64,000 bases of DNA, from NCBI GenBank assembly GCA_902593905.1, contig CACJKF010000002.1, positions 1,742 through 65,741 of the forward strand, written 5' to 3'. Below are positions 47,907 through 57,568 of this stretch, piece after piece; the first letter of the stretch is position 1; every line of letters begins with the position of its first letter. Under the pieces are notes generated by a model. It saw only the letters and a program-made list of their open reading frames with translations, did no database searches and was not told the origin of the DNA. The translations under genes were made by a program, and so were the position numbers. This stretch comes from an uncultured Pelagibacteraceae bacterium (GTDB lineage Bacteria > Pseudomonadota > Alphaproteobacteria > Pelagibacterales > Pelagibacteraceae).

Positions 47907-49510
47907 TTGTTCAATATCATGTCCGAAGCCTTTTCTGCAATCATAATCGTAGGTGCATTCGTATTACCGGAAGTGATATTTGGCATTATTGATGCATCTA
48001 CTACTCTTAAATTTTTTAAACCATGGGCTAATAATTTATCATTTACTACCGCTTCTTCTCCCTTACCCATTTTACAAGTTCCTACAGGGTGAAAAATAGT
48101 TTGAGAGTATTCACTAGCTGCTTGCACTAATTCTTCATCATTAGTTATATGAGCACCTGGCCTATATTCTTCTGGTTCGTATTTTTTAAATGTTTCTGTC
48201 TCTAACATTATTTTTCTTACAATTTTCAAACCTTTCGCTGCAACATCTCTATCGTCTTGAGTAGATAGATAATTCATTTTAATTTTGGGATTATCACGAG
48301 TATCTGCACTTGTAATATTTATTTCACCTCTACTTGTGGGTCTAACATTTGCCACTGTAGGTGTGATGCCATCAAAATCATGCATTTTTGATGCACCTAA
48401 AATATCTGTACTTATAGGTTGAACGTGAAATTGTAAATTAGGCGTCGCTCTGGACGGGTCACTTTTTACAAATCCGCAAACTTGACTAGCACCCATTGTC
48501 ATAGGTCCGCTCTGTTTAAAAATATACTCAAGACCGATTAAAAAATTTCCAAATAAACTATTAATTTTACTATTTAAAGATTTTAGATTTTTTACTTTAT
48601 AAACTGGTCTAAACATCAAATGATCTTGTAAATTTTTTCCAACTCCTTTTAATTCGTGGACAACATCAATACCGTGTTTAGTCAATTTTTCACTTTCACC
48701 GACTCCAGAAGCCTGTAAGATATGTGGGGAACCAATTGAACCCGCAGATAGAATTACTTCTCTTTTTGCTTTTACAGTCTTTAATTCATTTTTAATATAG
48801 TAATTTACACCGACTGCTTTTTTTCCCTCAAAATTAATCTTTTGTACATGAGCATTTACCTCAATTTTTAAATTTGATCTCTTTTTTGCAGGATTTAAAT
48901 ATCCTTTTGCTGCACTACATCTTAATTTTAATAATTTGTTTCTACTTGTAGTAAATTGAAAATAACCAATACCAAAATTATCTCCAGTATTAAAATCTTT
49001 TGTTCTTGGTATTCCAGTTTCTTCTGCAGCATTCTGAAACTCCTCAAGCATATCTAAATTTATTTGTTTATTAGAAACTACAATAGGGCCTTTATCATTA
49101 TGATATTTATTATTTCCCAGTTCATTATTTTCTGATTTGAGAAAATAGGGAAGTACATCATCCCAACCCCAGCCACTATTACCTTGCTGTCGCCAATTAT
49201 CATAATCGTTACTTTGTCCTCTTATCCAAAGTAAACCATTTATAGAAGAGCTCCCTCCTAGAGTTTTTCCTCTAGGATATCTGATTGATCTATTAGCCAT
49301 CGTTTCATCTTTCTCAGTTTTAAAACACCAATCAACTTTTGGATTATGCATTGTTTTAAAATAACCAACTGGAATATGTATCCATGGGTAGGTATCTTTT
49401 CCTCCAGCCTCTAATAACAAAACTTTATTTTTTCCATCAGCTGTAAGTCTGTTTGCCAAAACACATCCTGCAGAACCAGCACCAATTATTACAAAATCAA
49501 ATTCTTCCAT
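47903..49510 (-). CDS. GMC-family flavoprotein oxidoreductase (choline dehydrogenase-like)
   Basis: [33 protein letters not shown]. Confidence 0.9.
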   Translation of the reverse strand: MEEFDFVIIGAGSAGCVLANRLTADGKNKVLLLEAGGKDTYPWIHIPVGYFKTMHNPKVDWCFKTEKDETMANRSIRYPRGKTLGGSSSINGLLWIRGQSNDYDNWRQQGNSGWGWDDVLPYFLKSENNELGNNKYHNDKGPIVVSNKQINLDMLEEFQNAAEETGIPRTKDFNTGDNFGIGYFQFTTSRNKLLKLRCSAAKGYLNPAKKRSNLKIEVNAHVQKINFEGKKAVGVNYYIKNELKTVKAKREVILSAGSIGSPHILQASGVGESEKLTKHGIDVVHELKGVGKNLQDHLMFRPVYKVKNLKSLNSKINSLFGNFLIGLEYIFKQSGPMTMGASQVCGFVKSDPSRATPNLQFHVQPISTDILGASKMHDFDGITPTVANVRPTSRGEINITSADTRDNPKIKMNYLSTQDDRDVAAKGLKIVRKIMLETETFKKYEPEEYRPGAHITNDEELVQAASEYSQTIFHPVGTCKMGKGEEAVVNDKLLAHGLKNLRVVDASIMPNITSGNTNAPTIMIAEKASDMILNN

Positions 49511-49648
49511 AATTAGTTTATAGCTTAATCATCAAAAAATGGGTATTCGCTATTTAATTTTACAACTTGAGGTTTTAATTCTTTAGTTTGACTCTAATAC
49601 TTCGATAAAACATACTCCTCGCATCTAACAAACTAAAACGGGGGAATA

Positions 49649-50743
49649 ATGAGAAAATTATTATCTGTAGTTTTAGGTTTAGCTGTTTTTGTAGGAATTT
49701 CTATGACTTCAGCAAATGCTAAAACATTGAAATGTCAGACCGTTCTTAACACTAAAGCTGATGAAGTTAAGATGTTGAAGGACTTTACTGACACTGTAAC
49801 AGAGCTTACTGACGGTTCATTAAAATTTGAAATATTGCCAGCAGGTGCTGTTGTAGGAGTAAAAGAGACTTTAGATGCGGTTGACAAAGGATTAATTGAT
49901 TGTGGTTTCGCATGGACACACTATTGGTCTGGAGATCATCCAGCTGCCATGTTATTCGGTTCGCCAGTAGCAGGTGGTGGAGTAGGTATAGATAACTTAG
50001 CGTTTTTATCTTGGTTCCAATACGGTGGTGGTAAAGAACTATACGACCAACTATGGAAAGAAATGGGTAGAGACATTAAAGGATTTATGCTTCAACCAGT
50101 TGGTCCAGAAGCTTTAGGTTGGTTTCCAAAACCAATTAAAGACATGGCTGATTTTAGAAAATATAAATTCAGAACACCTCCAGGAATTCCTGGTCAAACA
50201 TATAAAGATATCGGTATTGCATCTGTAGCAATGGGTGGTGGAGATATTCTTCCAGCATTACAAGCAGGTACTATCGATGCAGCAGAGTGGTGTTGTCCAA
50301 AACCAGATTTAACATTTGGTTTCCAAAAAGTATTAAAACACTATTACCTACAAGGTTTACACCAAGTAGTAGTAAATGCTGACTTTTATATTACTGGAAA
50401 AACTTACAAAAAAATGACTGCTCACGAGAAAAAATCCCTTGAAGTAGCTGCAAATGCTTCATTAGCAAAATCTTTAAGCTATAGAATCTATGAAAATGGA
50501 AAAGCTTTAAGAGAACTAACTACTAAGCACGGAGTAATTTTAGAAGATACTCCAACAGACTATTTTAAAGAATATATGGCAGCAGCAAAGAAAACATTGA
50601 ATAAAAACGCAGCGGAAAACAAATTCTTCGCTAAAGTTTACAAATCAATGAAAGAATTTGCTGATATTGCTGTACCATTCTGGAGTGGTGCTCAAATGTC
50701 AAATGCTAAGCTAGGAATGGCTCACGCGGCGACATTAAAGTAA
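49649..50743 (+). CDS. TRAP transporter solute-binding protein (likely sulfonate/DHPS, HpsK-role)
   Basis: Signal peptide; FRTP; ALQAGTIDAAEW; followed by dctQ, dctM and hpsN. Confidence 0.85.
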   Translation: MRKLLSVVLGLAVFVGISMTSANAKTLKCQTVLNTKADEVKMLKDFTDTVTELTDGSLKFEILPAGAVVGVKETLDAVDKGLIDCGFAWTHYWSGDHPAAMLFGSPVAGGGVGIDNLAFLSWFQYGGGKELYDQLWKEMGRDIKGFMLQPVGPEALGWFPKPIKDMADFRKYKFRTPPGIPGQTYKDIGIASVAMGGGDILPALQAGTIDAAEWCCPKPDLTFGFQKVLKHYYLQGLHQVVVNADFYITGKTYKKMTAHEKKSLEVAANASLAKSLSYRIYENGKALRELTTKHGVILEDTPTDYFKEYMAAAKKTLNKNAAENKFFAKVYKSMKEFADIAVPFWSGAQMSNAKLGMAHAATLK

Positions 50744-50766
50744 TAAGCAAAAACTTTTAAAACATT

Positions 50767-50800
50767 TTAGAGCGGACTTTACAGTCCGCTCTAATTTTTT
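50767..50800 (+). terminator. Hairpin after the binding-protein gene
   Basis: TTAGAGCGGACT TTAC AGTCCGCTCTAA followed by a T-run. Confidence 0.8.
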
Positions 50801-50812
50801 TAGGATGAGATT

Positions 50813-51430
50813 ATGAATGACAAGCCACCAAAAATAGACATTTCAGATGAAATGATTGCCGAAAGACGCGGCGGTACAGGTAAAATGCCAGCTGATATGC
50901 CAGCATGGATGGCGAACACTATTACTTCAATAGATAAATTCAGCAAACGTGTAGGTAATATTGTTTGTTGGATCCTTGTGCCTTTAATTTTAGCAATGAC
51001 TTATGAAGTTATAATGAGAAAATTATTTTTAGCTCCAACAATTTGGGCTTACGATATGAGTAGATTTTTATATGGGGCTCTATTTATGTTAGGAGCAGGG
51101 TATGCTCTCTCCAAAGGAGTTCACATAAGAGCAGATTTTTTATACAGAAATTTCAAAACTAAAAATCAAGGTCTCGTAGATTTTTGGTTATATATTTTAT
51201 TTTATTTTCCAGGATTAATTGTCTTTCTTTACATGACTATAGGATATGTCGAAGAGTCCATTCGAAGAGGCGAAAGGGGAATGGATACAACTTGGATGCC
51301 ATTTATGTGGCCTATAAAATCATGTTTATTGCTAGGTATAATATTTCTTTTAATTCAAGGCGTATCAGAATTACTTAAAAGTTATTGGGCTGCAAAAAAA
51401 GGTGAGTGGCCTGGAGAAGAGAAAAAATGA
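50813..51430 (+). CDS. TRAP transporter small permease DctQ
   Basis: YEV.MR..F.APT.W; HIRAD; 4 TM. Confidence 0.9.
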   Translation: MNDKPPKIDISDEMIAERRGGTGKMPADMPAWMANTITSIDKFSKRVGNIVCWILVPLILAMTYEVIMRKLFLAPTIWAYDMSRFLYGALFMLGAGYALSKGVHIRADFLYRNFKTKNQGLVDFWLYILFYFPGLIVFLYMTIGYVEESIRRGERGMDTTWMPFMWPIKSCLLLGIIFLLIQGVSELLKSYWAAKKGEWPGEEKK

Positions 51431-52761
51431 TAGCAGAATTAATTGATCCAGCAGTATTAGGAATTATTTTAGTTGGCGTAATGCTTTTTGCTATCTTCGT
51501 TGGATTTCCAATATCTTTTACATTAATTTTTTTAGGTTTTGTATTTGGATATCTAGGATTTGGTAAACTAGTTTTCTATTTGATGACCTTACAATTTTCG
51601 ATGGTCATGACCGAACAAACTCTCGCCGCTGTACCGCTCTTTGTATTCATGGGAATTATGATGGAGCAAGCTGGTTTGATGGAAAGGCTGTTCTCATCAT
51701 TCCAACTTATGTTAGCTAGAGTTAGAGGATCACTTTATTATGCTGTTTTATTTGTTTCTGTGATTTTTGCTGCAGCGACAGGAATAGTAGGAGCTTCAGT
51801 AACGATTTTAGGAATTATGGCTGCTAAATCTATGAATAGATCGAGTTATAATGTTCAGCTTGCTGCGGGAACAATTACAGCAGGTGGTACCTTAGGAATC
51901 TTAATACCACCAAGCATCATGCTTGTAGTTATGGGGCCAATTATGGAAATTCCTGTTATAGATTTATTTGCAGCTGCAATATTACCTGGAATACTTTTAG
52001 CTTCGTTGTTTGCTGCATACACAACAATTAGATGTATGCTGGATCCAAAATTAGGTCCACCATTACCAGAAGACATGAGACCAACCAGTATGAAAACTGT
52101 TTGGATTGAATTTCTTTTAGGATTAGTTCCTCCAGCTGCATTAGTTTTTGCAGCGCTTGGAAGTATATTATTAGGTTTCGCAACACCGACAGAGGCTGCG
52201 GGTTGCGGAGCGATGGGTGCACTTTTATTATCACTCGCTTATAAAAAATTAACTCTACCAAAATTACAAGAAGCTCTTGTTAAAACTTTAGAAATAACAG
52301 CCTTAATAATGGTTCTAGTAGCTGCATCAAATTTCTTTGGAGCAGTGTTTGCTAGATTGGGTACGCCCACTTTATTGACTGAGTTTTTACTTGGTCTAGA
52401 GATGAATAAGTATTTAATTTTAGCAATGATAATGGCGATGATTTTCTTACTAGGTTGGCCTTTAGAATGGGTGCCTATTGTTATGATTATTATTCCGATT
52501 ATATTACCATTAGTCGAAGCTCTTGGTTTTAATCTAACTTGGTTTGCAATTCTTGTTGCCGTAAATCTTCAGACCTGTTGGCTCTCTCCGCCCGTCGCTT
52601 TATCGGCTTATTTTTTAAAAGGTGTTGTGCCTGAATGGGATTTAAAGGATATATATCTTGGAATGATGCAATTTATGGTTTTACAATTAATTGGATTAAT
52701 ATTAATAGTTATATTTCCACAAATTGCATTGTGGTTACCGACACTTTTATATGGCAATTAA
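51427..52761 (+). CDS. TRAP transporter large permease DctM
   Basis: AVPLFVFMG, GTLGILIPPS, ATPTEAA; start reset to the ATGA overlap at 51427. Confidence 0.92.
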   Translation: MIAELIDPAVLGIILVGVMLFAIFVGFPISFTLIFLGFVFGYLGFGKLVFYLMTLQFSMVMTEQTLAAVPLFVFMGIMMEQAGLMERLFSSFQLMLARVRGSLYYAVLFVSVIFAAATGIVGASVTILGIMAAKSMNRSSYNVQLAAGTITAGGTLGILIPPSIMLVVMGPIMEIPVIDLFAAAILPGILLASLFAAYTTIRCMLDPKLGPPLPEDMRPTSMKTVWIEFLLGLVPPAALVFAALGSILLGFATPTEAAGCGAMGALLLSLAYKKLTLPKLQEALVKTLEITALIMVLVAASNFFGAVFARLGTPTLLTEFLLGLEMNKYLILAMIMAMIFLLGWPLEWVPIVMIIIPIILPLVEALGFNLTWFAILVAVNLQTCWLSPPVALSAYFLKGVVPEWDLKDIYLGMMQFMVLQLIGLILIVIFPQIALWLPTLLYGN

Positions 52762-54037
52762 ATATTTAAAGAAAGCACCTAAAACAGCATCTACAGATGA
52801 TGCAAAAACTAGAGAAATTGTTCAAACACTTCTTAAAGATTTAGAAACATCTAAAGAAACTGGATGTAAAGAACTAACAAAGAAATTTGATAAATATGAA
52901 GGAGATATAATTGTCTCTAAAGATAGAATTGAGGAAATAAATAAATCCGTAGATCAAAAAACTAAAGATGATGTAAAGTTTGCTCATGATAGAGTTCGAA
53001 AATTCGCAGAAGCTCAATTAAAAAATTACGGCAATGATTTCGAAATAGAATTATCAAAAGGTTTATATGCAGGGCAAAAACTTGTGCCGGTCAACACTGC
53101 GGGGTGTTATATTCCAGGAGGAAGATTTGCTCATATCGCATCAGCTGTTATGAGTGTTACAACAGCAAAAGTAGCTGGTGTTAAAAACATCATTGCATGT
53201 AGCCCTCCAAAACCAAATGTTGGTGCTCATCCGACAATTATTTATACAGCAAACTTATGCGGTGCAGATGTAATAATGAATTTAGGAGGAATTCCAGCGA
53301 TTGCTGCAATGACTTATGGGTTATTTAAAAATGCTCCAGCTGACATGTTAGTCGGTCCCGGTAATCAATTTGTTGCGGAGGCTAAGAGAATTTTATTTGG
53401 AAGAGTAGGAATTGATTTATTTGCTGGACCAACAGAGATAGCAATAATAGCTGATGAAAATGCTGATCCTGAAATTGTTGCAGTAGACTTAGTTGGGCAA
53501 GCAGAGCATGGTTATAATTCACCAGCTTGGCTTTACACAACAAGCAAAGATTTAGCAGACAAAGTTTTAAAAAGAGTACCAGAATTAATTAAAGAACTTC
53601 CTGAATTACCAAGAAAAAGTGCAGAAGCTGCATGGAAAGATTACGGAGAAGTTATTTTATGTGACACTGATGAAGAAATGGTTCAGATAAGTGATGAATA
53701 CGCTCCAGAGCACTTAGAAGTTCAAACAAAAAATTTAGATTGGTTTCATAAAAGACTTAAAAATTATGGATCCTTATTTATTGGAGAGGAAACTACTGTT
53801 GCTTATGGTGATAAATGTTCAGGTACAAATCATATATTACCAACTAAAGGCGCTGGAAAATATACAGGTGGTTTATTTGTTGGAAAATTTATTAAAACAT
53901 TAAGCTTTCAAAGAATGACAAAAGAGTCGACCAAGGAAGTAGGAGCAGCTGCTGCTAGACTTTCAAGATACGAAGGAATGGAAGCTCACGCTAGAACGGG
54001 AGATGTGAGATTAAGAAAATACGGTTTTTCTAATTAA
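52751..54037 (+). CDS. hpsN: Sulfopropanediol 3-dehydrogenase (HisD-like)
   Basis: MAIKYLKK start, YIPGGR, GIDLFAGPTE, GQAEHG, YGDKCSGTNH.LPT (HpsN-type rather than HisD GDY); sulfonate context. Confidence 0.85.
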   Translation: MAIKYLKKAPKTASTDDAKTREIVQTLLKDLETSKETGCKELTKKFDKYEGDIIVSKDRIEEINKSVDQKTKDDVKFAHDRVRKFAEAQLKNYGNDFEIELSKGLYAGQKLVPVNTAGCYIPGGRFAHIASAVMSVTTAKVAGVKNIIACSPPKPNVGAHPTIIYTANLCGADVIMNLGGIPAIAAMTYGLFKNAPADMLVGPGNQFVAEAKRILFGRVGIDLFAGPTEIAIIADENADPEIVAVDLVGQAEHGYNSPAWLYTTSKDLADKVLKRVPELIKELPELPRKSAEAAWKDYGEVILCDTDEEMVQISDEYAPEHLEVQTKNLDWFHKRLKNYGSLFIGEETTVAYGDKCSGTNHILPTKGAGKYTGGLFVGKFIKTLSFQRMTKESTKEVGAAAARLSRYEGMEAHARTGDVRLRKYGFSN

Positions 54038-55041
54038 TGCATGCTTTAGTTTATACTGGTACAGAAAAAATAGTTTATAGAGAGGAAAAAGATCCCACTA
54101 AAAAACCTGGCGAGGCATTAGTAAAAGTTCATGCATCAGGTATCTGTGGTTCAGATATGCATGCTTACCACGGCAAAGATGAAAGAAGAATTCCACCACT
54201 TATATTAGGCCACGAGTTTAGCGGAACAAGTTTAGACGGAAAATTTAAAAATAAAGAAGTCGTAATCAATCCACTTATTAGTTGTGAGAACTGTGATTAT
54301 TGCAAAAACAAAAGAGAACATCTGTGCCCGCAAAGAACAATGATTGGAATGAGCACTCCTATAAAAAGAGATGGGGGTTTAGCAGAATTAGTTTCTGTTC
54401 CAGAGCAAAATATTTTTGAGGTTCCAAAAGGTTTAAATATGAAAGAAGCTGCATTAGCTGAACCTACTGCTGTCGCTTTACATGCAGTTTTATTAGCTGA
54501 GGCAAATTTAAAAAAACCTTTATCGGAGTGTAAAATTTTAATTCAAGGTGCGGGGGCTATAGGTTTGCTTTGTGGTCTGGTGCTAAATAAGGAAAAAAAT
54601 TCTAGTAATATAATCATGTCTGATCCTAATAAAAAAAGATTAGATGAATGCGGAAAATATCTTAAAGCAAGTTTTGTTGCACCAGATGATAAATCGATAA
54701 AAGAAAATCATTTTGACTTAATATTAGAGTCTGTGGGACTAGAGATTACTAGACATCAAGCGATTAATTCAATTGCGCCTGGAGGCACTATAGTTCATAT
54801 AGGTTTAACTCAACCCTCTGGAACTTTTAATTTTAAAAAACTTACAATCCAAGAAGTAACATTAGTTGGAACTTATTGTTACACAAATGATGACTTTAAA
54901 AATAGTTTAGTAATTTTAAAAGACAAAAAATTAGGCGATTTAGGATGGATAGAGTACCGAGATCTTAAAAAAGGTTCAGATGCATTTCAAGAAATACATA
55001 ATGGTACTTGTGTTGCCCCTAAAATCATTCTTATTCCTTAG
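54037..55041 (+). CDS. Zn-dependent alcohol dehydrogenase (HpsP-like)
   Basis: GICGSDMHAY.G.DERR.PPLILGHE; structural-Zn cysteines; GAGAIG; coupled to hpsN. Confidence 0.8.
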   Translation: MHALVYTGTEKIVYREEKDPTKKPGEALVKVHASGICGSDMHAYHGKDERRIPPLILGHEFSGTSLDGKFKNKEVVINPLISCENCDYCKNKREHLCPQRTMIGMSTPIKRDGGLAELVSVPEQNIFEVPKGLNMKEAALAEPTAVALHAVLLAEANLKKPLSECKILIQGAGAIGLLCGLVLNKEKNSSNIIMSDPNKKRLDECGKYLKASFVAPDDKSIKENHFDLILESVGLEITRHQAINSIAPGGTIVHIGLTQPSGTFNFKKLTIQEVTLVGTYCYTNDDFKNSLVILKDKKLGDLGWIEYRDLKKGSDAFQEIHNGTCVAPKIILIP

Positions 55042-55126
55042 TTCTTCTTCTGGTTGTAGACAAATTGCATACCTGAAATAAAATTTTAACATAGTTAATT
55101 TAAAAGAATATTAAATAAGATTTATT

Positions 55127-55510
55127 ATGAAAATAAAATTATCAATCTTGATAGCTTTCTTATACTTAGGCTCAGCCTTTGCTGCAGGGCACATTACTAA
55201 AGCTCAAAAAGAAAAAACAATAGAGTGTTTAGGTCACTACAGTGCGACTGCTGTTTTACCAGCTGAGACTATTGAAGTTAAAAACATGGAATTAGCTTTG
55301 GCTTCAGTAAAGGTAATTAGAGAATACCTTGCATCTGAAGGTGTTAAGGATGATGAGATGAATAAAGGCATGAATGTTTATGTGGACAAAGTTTATGGAA
55401 AGCCTTTTGATAAAGCTAAAAATGGTGAGTGTAATAAATTTATTTATAAGCAAATTAAAGGTTCAAAAGAAAAAATCGAAAAATTATCCAGAACGATTTA
55501 CGCGGGCTAG
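55127..55510 (+). CDS. Secreted hypothetical protein
   Basis: Signal peptide (AFA); two cysteines. Confidence 0.65.
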   Translation: MKIKLSILIAFLYLGSAFAAGHITKAQKEKTIECLGHYSATAVLPAETIEVKNMELALASVKVIREYLASEGVKDDEMNKGMNVYVDKVYGKPFDKAKNGECNKFIYKQIKGSKEKIEKLSRTIYAG

Positions 55511-55512
55511 AT

Positions 55513-55800
55513 ATGAGTGGATACGTTATAGCTAATATAGACGTTAAAAATCCTGAAGCTTATAAAGAATATGTTGGTAAGGTGGTGCCTACAGTTCAAA
55601 AATTCGGAGGAGAATACCTTGTACGTGCTGGGGAGTACAAAGTTATAGACGGTGAGTGGAAATATCCTAGAACGGTAGTAATTAAATTTCCAACTTATGA
55701 AAAAGCTTTAGAGTGGTACGATTCTGAAGAATATAAACCAGTAAAACCAATTCGATTAGCAAACTCAGTAGCTAATGGAATAATAATTAAAGGAGTATAA
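55513..55800 (+). CDS. DUF1330 family protein
   Basis: GGEYLVR.G; VIKFP..E.A..WY.S.EY. Confidence 0.9.
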   Translation: MSGYVIANIDVKNPEAYKEYVGKVVPTVQKFGGEYLVRAGEYKVIDGEWKYPRTVVIKFPTYEKALEWYDSEEYKPVKPIRLANSVANGIIIKGV

Positions 55801-55804
55801 AAAC

Positions 55805-56221
55805 ATGATAGATAAATTTGGAAACGCATTTTATTTAATAATTTACTTAGCACATTTTATTATTGTTGGTAGTTACGCTTACCAATTAGTCTTTGATACT
55901 AAAAAATTTCTAAAGGGTAGAGGAGTTGATAAAACTGCTACCTTGATTACGAGATTTGCAGGTTCATTCATGATTGCTACTGTTTTAATGGCAATATATA
56001 TCGCTTTTATTAGATCAGGCGGTGTAGAAGCTACTTGGGCCTTTTTTAACCTAGTTTTTATAATGAATGTTTCGATATTAGTTGTAAATTTTTATACATT
56101 AAAAATTGATAAAACAGGTTTAACTAAAAAAACTAGAAACGATGGAATATATGCTCCACTCGTTCTTGTTATTATCAGTGCTATTCTTTGTTACGGTTTA
56201 GCAGATAAAATTTACGTTTAA
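55805..56221 (+). CDS. Hypothetical 4-TM membrane protein
   Basis: Four hydrophobic segments; AAGGAG SD. Confidence 0.7.
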   Translation: MIDKFGNAFYLIIYLAHFIIVGSYAYQLVFDTKKFLKGRGVDKTATLITRFAGSFMIATVLMAIYIAFIRSGGVEATWAFFNLVFIMNVSILVVNFYTLKIDKTGLTKKTRNDGIYAPLVLVIISAILCYGLADKIYV

Positions 56222-56229
56222 GGAGATAA

Positions 56230-56523
56230 ATGGCAAAGTTTATGAATATTGTTAGATGCAAAGTTAAATCATCTAACAGAGAAGAATATTTGAAAAAAAT
56301 AGATGAAATGCCAAAATTCGATGGGCAGACTTCAGCTAAGTATGTTGAGACAAAGCCCAATGAATTTTTTATGATAGGTGAATGGAATTCTGAAGATGAT
56401 ATTGCTAAAGCAAGACCAAAAATGATTGAATTTTTGGACACACTTCGGCACACTTTAGAAGAACTGTCACCAGATTTGGGAGTAACAGATCCTCACTCTG
56501 GTACAGTTGTAATCGAGAAATAG
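56230..56523 (+). CDS. Dimeric alpha+beta barrel (ABM-like) protein
   Basis: NIVRCKVK; GEW.S....KARP.MI.FLD..R..LEEL....GVTDP.SG; AAGGAG SD. Confidence 0.65.
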   Translation: MAKFMNIVRCKVKSSNREEYLKKIDEMPKFDGQTSAKYVETKPNEFFMIGEWNSEDDIAKARPKMIEFLDTLRHTLEELSPDLGVTDPHSGTVVIEK

Positions 56524-56536
56524 GAAAGGGGTAACA

Positions 56537-56860
56537 ATGGCAAAATTTTATACACTTGGATGTTACACAGCCAAAGGTCTTGGGGGATTTGTAAGCAATC
56601 CGTCTACAGACAGAAAAGCTGCTACATCTGCACTTGCTGCTTCTGTAGGAGCTAAAGTAACTCAATACTCAGGCCTAAGAGGAAAATATGATTTTATGGC
56701 AGTGATTGAAGGAACTTTTGAACAAGCTGCTGCAGCTGCAATGGTTGCTGTTTCTAGTGGTGCTGTTTCAGATTTTACAATTTTAGAAGATGTAGATCTA
56801 AATGAGATAGCTAAAACTGCTCAGAAAATGGCTTCATCATACAAAGAGCCAGGAAAATAA
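56537..56860 (+). CDS. GYD domain protein
   Basis: YT..G..G..DR..A....GAKV; G.YD motif (GKYDF). Confidence 0.8.
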   Translation: MAKFYTLGCYTAKGLGGFVSNPSTDRKAATSALAASVGAKVTQYSGLRGKYDFMAVIEGTFEQAAAAAMVAVSSGAVSDFTILEDVDLNEIAKTAQKMASSYKEPGK

Positions 56861-57568
56861 TTATTTTCTGTAGCTAATACATTTTAAGGTATCAGTGAAT
56901 TTTATTTGATTTTTATATTTAGATTTAATTTCACTGATACCAAATTTAATTTCTTTATTATTCATATTCAATAAGCACGAAATATATCTCTCTTTAATCA
57001 TTCTTACGTATTTTTGTTTCGAGATATTTACTTTATAGTTAAAATTTGCGTAGCTTATTTTTTTTAAGTTTTTTTTGATAATCTGAAATAAAACTTCATC
57101 TCTTTTTAAACTTTTTTCTAAATTTTTTCTCATTTTTTTAAAACAAGGTATCTTATTATTTTTTGTTTTTAGAGAAAAAATTAATATTTTACCTTTGGGA
57201 TTTAAACTTTTTTTAGAAAGGTTAAGAAGGTGGTTTAATTTTGTTTTTGTAAAAAAATGAATAGTTTGTTTAATTAAGATTAGATCATATTTTTTTTGTT
57301 TCTTTAAATATTTTAAAGCCTCAATTTTCTTAAATACGATATTCCTTTTAACGTCCTTATTTGCAACAATATCTATTCCTGTAGGTTTATTTCTAAATTT
57401 ATATTTCTGTTGAAGGGCGCTAATAATATTTGCTCTTCCACATCCAATGTCCAATATTTTTGAATTTTTATTTAAATTACTTTTCCTTTTAAGAAATTTA
57501 TTAAATTGAGAGATATATGATTTAGATGATAACCAGGTTTTATTATCCCAGTTTTTGAGTTTTTTCAT
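56861..57568 (-). CDS. Class I SAM-dependent methyltransferase
   Basis: ILDIGCGRA, YDLIL, L.P.GKI. Confidence 0.85.
   Translation of the reverse strand: MKKLKNWDNKTWLSSKSYISQFNKFLKRKSNLNKNSKILDIGCGRANIISALQQKYKFRNKPTGIDIVANKDVKRNIVFKKIEALKYLKKQKKYDLILIKQTIHFFTKTKLNHLLNLSKKSLNPKGKILIFSLKTKNNKIPCFKKMRKNLEKSLKRDEVLFQIIKKNLKKISYANFNYKVNISKQKYVRMIKERYISCLLNMNNKEIKFGISEIKSKYKNQIKFTDTLKCISYRK

Noticed and set aside
52751-54037. Histidinol dehydrogenase hisD
   Set aside because: The YGDK motif and position between a TRAP transporter and a Zn-ADH in a sulfonate cluster indicate HpsN
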